The notes under the pieces were generated by a model. That model did no database searches, was not told the origin of the DNA, and worked only from the letters and a program-made list of their open reading frames with translations. Both the position numbers and the translations under genes were made by a program. A stretch of 21,834 nucleotides of DNA from Zygophlyctis sp. KS116 (lineage: Eukaryota; Fungi; Chytridiomycota), in contig BAAFSQ010000170.1 of the NCBI GenBank assembly GCA_054661495.1, forward strand, positions 1 to 21,834, written 5' to 3'. Below are positions 10,862 through 19,407 of the stretch, piece after piece. Position 1 is the first letter of the stretch. Every line of letters begins with the position of its first letter.

Positions 10862-13032
10862 ATGAGTAATTTGTCCAAAGAGAGAAGTAGTCCTACATTC
10901 TCTATTCAGGAACTCATAGAGTTTTTGGAAGGTGGGAAGAAGGAGACTCTACTGAAAAATGATATAATGTTGGAGTTGGAAAGAGATCCAGTTCTAAAAG
11001 TCTCGGATTGTCATGATTTGAGTTTGGCAGAGCAGAGAGAAAGGACAATGGCTAAAGTAGCTAAAATTGCTTCATATATTTCTAGAGAGTCAATATCGAA
11101 ATTTAGAAAAGTAATTTATTAAAATTAATGGCAGAGAATGGAATTGTTGTCTCTGCTTGATCCGGGAACTTGGACCAGGATAGGTGTCCATTTTGGATTG
11201 TTTTTTGGGGCTTTAAGAGGTGGTGCTACACCAGGACAACTTTCTTATTGGGTTGGGAAAGGAGCGCTTACTTTAAATGGAGTGACTGGTTGTTTTGCAA
11301 TGACAGAGTTGGGGCATGGGTCTAATGTGTCTGGTTTGGAGACAACTGCTGTATTTGATGAAGCTGCAGATGAGTTTGTTATTCATACTCCAAGTATTAC
11401 TGCTACTAAATGGTGGATTGGGGGTGCAGCTCAAACAGCAACACATTCAGTCGTTTTTGCTCAATTATTTGTTAAAGGGAAAAAGTATGGAGTCAAATCA
11501 TTTGTTGTACAATTGAGAAATACAAAAACTTTTGAATTACTTCCTGGAATTGTTATTGGAGATATTGGAGCTAAAATGGGGCGGCATGGGACGGATAATG
11601 GGTGGATTCAGTTTACAAATGTTCGTATACCACGTTCTCATATGCTAATGAAGCATACTAAAGTTTCTAGAGATGGGACTGTTACTGAACCTCCATTGCA
11701 ACAACTTGCTTATGGGGCATTGATTCAAGGACGAGTCAGTATGGTTGTAGATTCAGGAAGTATGTCAAAAAAGGCATTAACTATTGCTATAAGATATGCT
11801 GCTATTAGAAGACAGTTTGGTGTAAAAGAGGATGGGCTTGAAACAAAGATTTTGGATTATCCTATTCATCAGTATCGTCTTATGCCTCTTTTGGCACAAT
11901 CTTTTGCAATGCATTTTACAGGAGTGGAAGTTTTGGCTATTTATGATGATTTGATGGAAAAATTAGAAAAATTAGCTCCTGGAGACAAAAACTTGAATCA
12001 AGTCATTGAAGATTTGAAAGAAGTTCATGGTACTTCTGCGGGTTTAAAAGCCTTCTGTACCTGGAATTGTTTGAACACGATTGACCAGTGTCGACAAGCA
12101 TGTGGTGGTCATGGATATAGTGCATATACTGGGCTAGCGTCTATGTACTCTGATTTTGCAGTACAGTGTACATGGGAGGTAAATTGGTTTTATTAAATTG
12201 AAAGGGGGATAATACTATTCTCACATTACAAGCTGGTCGATATTTAATTGGCTGTTATCGTGATGCGAAATCTGGAAAGCCTCAAGCTGCAGGTGTAAGC
12301 TATCTTAATAGACTTTCAAGTTTGCTGCACAGCAAATGTAATGCGGTAAAGCCAATTGAAGTTGCAAACCTAAATGTTATTGGTGAAGCATATAATGTTG
12401 TATCTGGTAATATTGTCAAAAAGGCTGGGGAAGACTTTGAAGATGGATTAAAGAACGGAATGACTGAAGATGAAAGCTATGAAAATTGCTGTACGACCTT
12501 TATTTTAAAAAATAGCACAAATCCGTTTACTCGCGGCTAAAATGCACTCTTATGGTTACTTGTTTCATCGATTTAAAGATGCTGTCGCTAAATCACCTGC
12601 CTCATTATCTCCTATTTTAACTCGGCTTTGTCAATTGTATGGATTGTACAATATCGTTGAAAATTCAGGGGCTTTTTTGCAATATGAATACTTTAATTCT
12701 AGTCAGGTATAATTTTATAAATTTTTGAACATAGATGGATTGGATTCGTCAGCAAGTATCTGATCTTTGCAAAGAAATTCGAAAAGATGCAATTCCTTTG
12801 ACCGATGCGTTTAATTACACTGACTTTATGATTAATTCTCCTCTTGGACGCTATAATGGGGATATTTATGAATCTTACTTTAATATGGTACAAACTGCTC
12901 ATCCCCCAGCTCAAATACCACCATACTTTAAGAAGCATGTAATTAATTTTCTATTTGAAATCATAGATTCATCCACTATTGAACAAGGTGGTAGAAGAGG
13001 AAGACCATATTGATTTAGAACATGATTTTTAA
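10862..13032 (+). CDS. POX1: Peroxisomal acyl-CoA oxidase; 5 introns
   Basis: TRIGVHFGLF, GCFAMTELGHGSNV, KWWIGGA, AIRYAAIRRQF, CRQACGGHGYS, CTWEGDN, INSPLGRYNGDIYE. Introns: 11111-11134, 12179-12204, 12491-12515, 12707-12734, 12939-12966; TAA 13030-13032. Confidence 0.95.
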
Positions 13033-13097
13033 AATAAAATCAATATTGACCCATAATCAGTTTAAAAAGTTTAAAAGCTACACTTGTTTATTTCAAC

Positions 13098-13836
13098 TTA
13101 AAATTGCCATCTCCACGGCTGCAACATCAAAACCAAAACCGCCAAAACCATCAATGCACTCGTCAACAAACACATTATTCTATTTCTAGAAGTCATAGCA
13201 TACTGATTTGCCCTCCTTAGTTCTCCAGTAGCATTTTCAGCATTTACGGCAACACTAGTCACATTTGACTCTATATTATCCAACATACTAAACATTTTAA
13301 ATTTTTTCAAAAACATACTATTGCTGTTCATGAACCAGAGTCCCTAAATCCCTAAATATTTCATTAACTTGAGCAACAGACTTTTCTATAGATTCTAAAT
13401 CCTGTTCTCTTTCTTGTATGAGAGCCTCATTAAACTCTATTTCGTGATCTAATTTCACAACTTGCTTTTGACCCTGTAAAAGCGGAGTTTGTTCATCCTC
13501 TCCTTGATCAAAATCTGATAAATCTGCAGATTTACCTAGAGTATTAAAAGAATAGATTTGCTTCTTTTTAGATGCTGCATCTTTTGAAACCTTTTCAAAT
13601 CTCTGTACTAGAGCTGAAAAGTCCTTTTGTAACTTTAATTTTACAAATTTTGAAGGTTCTAATTTAATTTTTGCAGCCGTTTGAGTAATTTCAGTTGATA
13701 TTTTGCTTGTTAAATTCAAGATTTCAGATTTTTCATCCAAATTTAGCCTAATTAAATTTTCTAGTTGTTGAATCAGACTAGAAATCAAGACTAGAGAATT
13801 ATCTTTATTGTCTTTTTTGGTTTGAGAAAAAGACAT
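13098..13836 (-). CDS. Endosomal/vacuolar Qa-SNARE syntaxin (Pep12/Vam3/syntaxin-7-like); 1 intron
   Basis: SNARE motif LIQEREQDLESIEKSVAQVNEIFRDLGTLVHEQQYMLDNIESNV, a dileucine-like EDEQTPLL and a C-terminal TM helix. Intron 13288-13318 (31 nt). Confidence 0.9.
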
Positions 13837-14014
13837 TTTTTAAATCTTTTGAAATTTCCTTTTTGAATTCTTTAAAGAAATGTATTGGTGCTTGAGACTT
13901 TCTAGCAATTTCTGCTTGTACAACAAATTTATGAAAAGAGTTTGAATTTAGCAGTTTTTCCTTTATTCCTTTTGACAAGAAATTTGAAAAAAAAAATTTT
14001 GAAAAAAAATTCAT
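13805..14014 (-). CDS. Small mitochondrial protein, Mrx7-like (69 aa)
   Basis: ATG 14014. IKEKLLNSNSFHKFV resembles the Mrx7 motif KLLxSPGFHRFV, followed by FFKEFKKEI. Its 3' end overlaps the syntaxin start by 32 nt in another frame. Confidence 0.55.
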   Translation of the reverse strand: MNFFSKFFFSNFLSKGIKEKLLNSNSFHKFVVQAEIARKSQAPIHFFKEFKKEISKDLKNVFFSNQKRQ

Positions 14015-14128
14015 CTGCCGCCCTACTTGCCACCCTAATGGAATCGAAGTAGAAGTTGTTAAAATCAAGCTATGACCTAGAGAGTACTGTCATAAAATTT
14101 TGAAAAATTTCGCGTTTAAATTGAGAAA

Positions 14129-14482
14129 ATGAAAAGATTCTTCTCTTCTTCTCTTGGCAATCGCAACATTATAAAATCTCTTTATCTCTCAGAACTAAAG
14201 GCTTATAAACCACAAAAAGTTTCTGCAAAGGCTGACTTGCCTGAAACCTTTAATATTCCTAAAGCTCCCCAAATTCCAACTTTAGAAAAATCGGTGCTGG
14301 CGGCTGAAAGCAAGGTAGAAGCAGACTCTTGGCCTGCTCTGGTTGATCCTATTGATGATCCAAAGAATTTTAATGGTATTTTTATAAAATTTAAATTTTT
14401 AGATGAATGGAACATCACCCAATCAACAGATGATGGTTCTTGGTTTCCTAAAAGAGTTAAACCACATGAATATCATGATTAA
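14129..14482 (+). CDS. ATP14: Mitochondrial ATP synthase subunit h; probable in-frame 27-nt intron
   Basis: Presequence-like MKRFFSSSLGNR followed by IIKSLYLSELKAYKP. Segment 14376-14402 (GTATTT...TTTAG, nearly pure A/T) fits the local intron pattern. Confidence 0.8.
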   Translation: MKRFFSSSLGNRNIIKSLYLSELKAYKPQKVSAKADLPETFNIPKAPQIPTLEKSVLAAESKVEADSWPALVDPIDDPKNFNGIFIKFKFLDEWNITQSTDDGSWFPKRVKPHEYHD

Positions 14483-14494
14483 TAAATTGGTTTC

Positions 14495-14959
14495 TTAAAA
14501 GAATTTTGGTCTAGAAAAGACCCATAATTTGATTGGAAAATATGATGGGATAGGATGTACAGATTCTATAGTAATTTGAGATATTTTACTAGTATTTTCT
14601 GTAATACTAAATAGAATTGTCCCTTGATAGGTTTTAGAGACTGATGTAATTCTTGAAAGAGAATTAAAATTCCAAAAAAGACGTATAGAATTTTCATCAA
14701 TAGGGATCAATGAGACAATTTCTAGATCAATAGATTTGTGACTTGCGAGAATTAAAACTTTGAAAATTCTAGAATAAAACTTTACACGAGAGAGAGGAGA
14801 AATGTAAATTTGGTTATAGACTAGGATTGCATTAGGAGAATAAACTGATGATGAGAATATATCAGAATAGAAGAAATTGGGAAATTCATATCTCAAGTGA
14901 TGAGTAATTCGATTCATAGTCTTAGGACTAGTGTCAAATTGATGTTGACGCTCAAACAT
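14495..14959 (-). CDS. DUF2358/C6orf136-like (SnoaL/NTF2-fold-like) protein
   Basis: HLRYEFPNFF...VYSPN...LEIVSL...IRLFWNF...YQGTILF...KISQITIESVHP pattern. The start is 14959 or 14917. Confidence 0.55.
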   Translation of the reverse strand: MFERQHQFDTSPKTMNRITHHLRYEFPNFFYSDIFSSSVYSPNAILVYNQIYISPLSRVKFYSRIFKVLILASHKSIDLEIVSLIPIDENSIRLFWNFNSLSRITSVSKTYQGTILFSITENTSKISQITIESVHPIPSYFPIKLWVFSRPKFF

Positions 14960-15193
14960 TTTATACTAAAATCTCAAGTTATTGGACTCTATAGATCATG
15001 CATGAAATCAGCGTCTAGTAATTTAAACTTTTCAACTGTAGAATTAAAAGACGATGATCTCAAAAATTGGATAAGAATGGAATTTAAAGGTTCTAAAGTC
15101 TTGACTGATTTAGAGAAAATAGACAATAGACTTGTACAAGGAAGGGCACAATTAAGAGTTTTAGAAAAAACAATCTTGTTAGCTAAAGCTTAA
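14942..15193 (+). CDS. LYRM2: LYR-motif protein, LYRM2-like; probable in-frame 24-nt intron
   Basis: MLTLKHFILKSQVIGLYR...LKNWIRMEF...QGRAQLRVLEKTILLAKA closely follows LYRM2. Likely intron 15018-15041. Confidence 0.82.
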   Translation: MLTLKHFILKSQVIGLYRSCMKSASSNLNFSTVELKDDDLKNWIRMEFKGSKVLTDLEKIDNRLVQGRAQLRVLEKTILLAKA

Positions 15194-16121
15194 CCAGGTG
15201 GGAGTTGAGTAGCATCAACAGTTTCTTCTAAATCTCCTAAATCATCAGATTCTTGATCAATTAATTGTAAAGAACGACTGATGGCCATGGCTCCAGATCT
15301 AGAAACTTCAATAATTCCAAACGGTTTGACTAGGTTAATAAAGGAATCAATTTTAGATGTTTTTGCACATAATTGAATCGTAATAGATTCATATCCTACA
15401 TCTTCCACTACTCCATCAAAACTTTTGGCTAAATCAATCAGTGCTTGTCTTTGAAGTGCAAGATTTAAGATTGGATTGTAAGTAGGAGTCTAATATTAGT
15501 ATTTTTCTACAAATTTAAAAAAAAGTTACATGGTTTGATCCAGCATCTTGAGAATTATGACCATGAGGTATAACAGAGACTTTAATCAGTAAAAGTTCAC
15601 GCTCAATAATATTTCCATGAGTTAGATCTAAAACAGCCCAGACTGGAACTATATCTTCCAATTGCTTTCTAGCCTGATCAATAATAGAATCTTGTCCATT
15701 AATGACAATTGTCATGCGAGAAAGATCTGGTAATTCTGTCCGTGAAACTACCAAGGATTCAATATTAAATCCTCTTCCAGCTAAGATACCAGAGATTCTA
15801 GATAGGACTCCCTATAATTATATTTTTAAAAATACAGGTTCGTTAGATACCAGACAATTCAACTATTATTTTAGAAAAATAAAATACAGTATGTTTCTTC
15901 ACCTTTGTAGGGGGTGAAATAGGATTATTGTATAAAATGTTATCAACTGCTTCTTCAACTGTTGGAGGCGATAAATCAACAAATGATGGCAAAATCATCT
16001 TTTTTCTCTTGTTCCATCTGCCTTCATGATCCTTATCAGAGACCTTGGATGATACTTTGGAATATGAAAGCAACGCATGCGGGGCCCTGTAAGCGTTCCT
16101 TGCGGATCTAATCAAAAACAT
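15190..16121 (-). CDS. ILV6: Acetolactate synthase regulatory (small) subunit, mitochondrial; 3 introns
   Basis: [67 protein letters not shown], C-terminal DATQLPPG. Introns 15863-15887, 15812-15835 and 15490-15529; 27-nt microexon 15836-15862. Confidence 0.94.
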
Positions 16122-16225
16122 TTAAAAACTCAAGCGTTGCGCTCAAAAATAAAAATTTGACAAGGCAATGTTATTTAGTGCTAGAAGTCTTTCAAATCTA
16201 TCAACTCTCAAATAAAGCAAGCTTA

Positions 16226-17895
16226 TTAGGCCTTGTTGGAGAGATCAGGAGTTGTTTTACCATTTCCGTTCGTCGCTGGTGATGAGCTAGGGTGTTTTTT
16301 GTTTCGGTGACGACTAGCAGATCGATGATGGTGCTGTTTAGAGTCAGGACCTTTACCATTTTGCTGTTGGCCATTGTTATTCGGGAAATTCTGTTTCTTG
16401 TTGTAGTAATTTATATACTGAACTCTTTTTCTTTCCTCTACGGCTAGAGTCACACCATTGACAATGACTTGAGTACCAATGACCTTTGAAGCCGATTCTG
16501 TAGTCGTAAATTCAATGAATGCAATGTTCTAGAATAAATTTAGATTTAAAATACCCTTGTAGGAATAATATCACATTTCACAATTTGACCATACTTTGCA
16601 AAGATATCCATCATAGACTTACGATCTATCCCTTCTTGAAGGCCTTTGATGTAAATACTGAATTTTTCACGATCTAATATTTAATATTTAAAAAGTTTAC
16701 CATCGGCATTTCCCTGATCCGAGGAACGACGGTTTTCATAGCGACGATTGGTGACTTGATGAAAACCATTACTTTGTTGAGATTGAGCTGATTGAGGTGA
16801 TTTAGCAGTTGGCTTGTCTATGGAGGCATCGCCTTCCTGAGATTTACCCTGTTGAGTTTTTAGAGGTGCAGGTGTTGTAGAAGGGGCAGGAGCAGTTGGT
16901 AGCTTTGGAGCTGAAACTACTACAGGCGTAGGACTTGGAACTACTGGCGAGGCAAGAGTACCAGCAGCAATAGCCCAAGTTTTTGGTTTCATTGATTCAG
17001 CAGAAGACTTTTTCAAAAGTTTTTCTGATGAAACTTTTTTAGGAGCTTGAATTTCAGCGATATCCTGAGCCTGAGCCTGAGCATTTGGAGTAGCAGGTTT
17101 TGACCAAGACTCTTTTTTATTAGCCTTTACTGGAGATTTTGGTCGTGATTCATTCACAGGTTCCTGAATAGTCTGTTCAGTTACTTTTTTAACTTCCTTT
17201 TTGGGTTTATCTAAACCTTTTGGAGGCAAAACAGCTTGAGCAATATGATTAATTCCATTTTCATTAATTTTTGCATGCCCATTCTGAGACAAGGGCACCA
17301 CTGGTACAATAGGAACTATAGGAGCTATAGGAACCACAGGGAGTACAGGGAGTACAGGAGCTACAATAGTTTCAGTAGCGATAGTTGCAGGAGGTATTCC
17401 AGAGATAACCTGTTCAGACTCTTCAAATTCATCTTCCAAATCTTCCTTTAAAAATCTAAAAATATCATTCAAGACATAGTATCCATTTGGCTGTTCAGCC
17501 AAAAAGAATGTTTGAGCAAATTTCTGAGAGGATGACCCCTTGTTTGACATTTCCCCTAGGACCTGGACAATAATTCCTCCATGAGCCGAAGCTTGAGAAT
17601 CCACATTAGAGACCAAGACTTTACAATCATGAAACCCAAGATCCAAAATTCTCTGGTGAATGTCCTAAATATTAAAAAAATTTAAATTACAGACTGTCCA
17701 GCACAAGAGACAGCGGTTTCTCCCTCATAACCATGGAGAAAAGTAGATTTCTTATTGTAGAAACAATGAAGACGGGAAGGATCCTTATTCAGAAAAGTGT
17801 AATACTCTTGGACAAAAAGCCATCCTACTTCCAAAGGATCGACCTATTATTATACCCTTGAAACGTACCTTGGTTTTCTCTAAAGAAGCTGTCAT
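16226..17895 (-). CDS. NTF2-RRM protein (G3BP/Bre5/Nxt3 family); 4 introns
   Basis: NTF2 domain (EVGWLFVQEYYTFLNKDPSRLHCFY...KFAQTFFLAEQPNGYYVLNDIFRFL), Pro-rich linker with PKTWA, and RRM (SIYIKGL...IAFIEF...LAVEER). Introns 17844-17868, 17665-17690, 16674-16700, 16529-16554. Confidence 0.9.
17295..17362 (-). repeat. Coding 9-nt degenerate repeat encoding (P-hydrophobic-hydrophobic)n
   Basis: Encodes APVLPVLPVVPIAPIVPIVPVVP within the G3BP-like linker. Confidence 0.7.
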
Positions 17896-17970
17896 TTTCA
17901 ATTTTTTATTTTTTTTTCAAATTCAAATTTTCAAATTGATGGACTAGGTTTTTAAAGATTTAGGCTTATG

Positions 17971-18082
17971 GCTCTGGTTGGCTCTGGTTGGCTCTGATTG
18001 TTTTTAATAGATTTTAATAGATTTAATAGTTTTTTAATAGTTTTTATAGATTTAATAGATTTTAATAGTTTTTAATAGTTTT
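17971..18082. repeat. Compound minisatellite with about 10-nt period
   Basis: (GCTCTGGTTG)x2 plus GCTCTGATTG at 17971-18000, followed directly by about 8 copies of (T/A)TTTTAATAG at 18001-18080. Confidence 0.9.
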
Positions 18083-18097
18083 ATTAGAGTAAAAAGA

Positions 18098-19216
18098 CTA
18101 TGTTTCTAAAACAGTCTCACATGTCGGGAGTTGAATCATTATAGCATTTTCATAGAATGCAGTTCCAGAAATTTCAAATTTTTTCCCATCAATCTCTATA
18201 TAGATCACTGTAGGTTCAATCCACTGATATAAATAAGGTGCAGTTATAAAAGTTTGTAAAAATACACGAATTAAATACGGTAATTCGGATAATATATCTA
18301 ATTTGGATACTAAATTTGATAAGGAAAGATCCATCTTGATTGACACTGATTTTCCAGAGAGTGTAGTTCCACTCCATATATTAGTAATGCTTTTTGGAAT
18401 TTTATATCCTGAAAATGAATCTAGACTAGAATCATGAAAAATAGAATAATTCTTAAACATTAATGATTCCAATTTTCCATCAAGAATAAGAGATCCAATA
18501 GAACCAGAATCTATACTAGTAATACATCCAGTATCTGGTGAATATTTCGGAATTTCAAACTTTTTTTTTTAAATTTTAAAAATTACCTGATATAGAAATA
18601 ATGCATCTGATTTAGATGAAAAATTAACAAAATTCCATCTTCCAACAGACTGAGGTTTAGACTGACAAGCATATAAAAATGTTCCACTTCCTTGTAAATC
18701 ATGATTATTTCCATTTAAATTCATAAATCCCTTGACAATAGCTTTTGGAACAAACCAATTTACTACATAACCAAAAGATTCATCCTCTTTAAAAAACCTT
18801 TTACCATCATTAATTTGAAATCCACCAGCCATGTCTTCAAAAGACACATTTAGCACAAGATCAGAATTTGAGAATGATATATTGTACTTTATCGGATCAG
18901 TAGATTCCAACTGATAAGATAATGTTGGAGTTTTAATACAACGATTATTATCAGTAAAATTTAAATCTGAGACACTGCAATTGTTTGTAAAGAAGCTATG
19001 ATTTCCATCCGGAGAGTATACTCTACAAGTTACTTGTGCAGATGGACTCCAACTCATTGTAGAGTATGCGATTTGAAACAAGAAAAAATAAGAGTCTGCT
19101 GTTATGTAAAAAGTCTGAGTTTCAGTCCCAGAATGTGTATCAAGTTTCCATTGAAAAGAAGACTCTGGGATCTCTGTGGAGGCTACATCTACTCTTCTCA
19201 GTGAGAGATTGGACAT
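18098..19216 (-). CDS. SVF1: Survival factor 1 (Svf1) family protein; 1 intron
   Basis: TETQTFY, FLFQIAYS, WFVPK, RWNFVNF, LSELPYLIRVFLQTFITAPYLYQW. Intron 18560-18586 (27 nt) joins the two ORFs in frame. Confidence 0.88.
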
Positions 19217-19291
19217 TTCTTAGTGGCGTAAATTTAGGGTTTTACATTTAGTATTTGTATGGTATTAATTGGGTATATATACTCCAGTGTA

Positions 19292-19400
19292 CCATCTGCC
19301 ATGCATCTTCCATGCATCTCCCATCCATCTCCCACCATGACATAATCATAACACAATCATGACACAATCATGCAGACATGCAGACACGCTGAAACACGCA
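19292..19400. repeat. Degenerate 11-nt and 8-nt tandem repeats in the SVF1/PRI1 divergent promoter
   Basis: CATGCATCTTC/CATGCATCTCC/CATCCATCTCC, then CATGACATAAT/CATAACACAAT/CATGACACAAT, then (ATGCAGAC)x2. Confidence 0.8.
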
Positions 19401-19407
19401 CTAAAAA

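Noticed and set aside
12990-13032. Acyl-CoA oxidase lacks a PTS1 (ends EHDF)
   Set aside because: Many fungal acyl-CoA oxidases lack PTS1, so this is not unusual.
13282-13320. 9-nt direct repeat (AACATACTA) flanking the 31-nt syntaxin intron as an introner-type target-site duplication
   Set aside because: The copies are 30 nt apart, so clean removal of an insertion would leave an in-frame TAG. No other intron shares the sequence, so it is probably coincidence.
17971-18082. CRISPR array or telomere
   Set aside because: There are no unique spacers, the units are too short and degenerate, the position is internal and the context is eukaryotic.
1734-19251. Shadow ORFs in the track (for example 1734-1922, 1955-2218, 3361-3573, 4334-4648, 5914-6162, 8087-8323, 14203-14418, 17236-17451, 18998-19204)
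   Set aside because: They are antisense or off-frame to well-supported genes and have no recognisable motifs.
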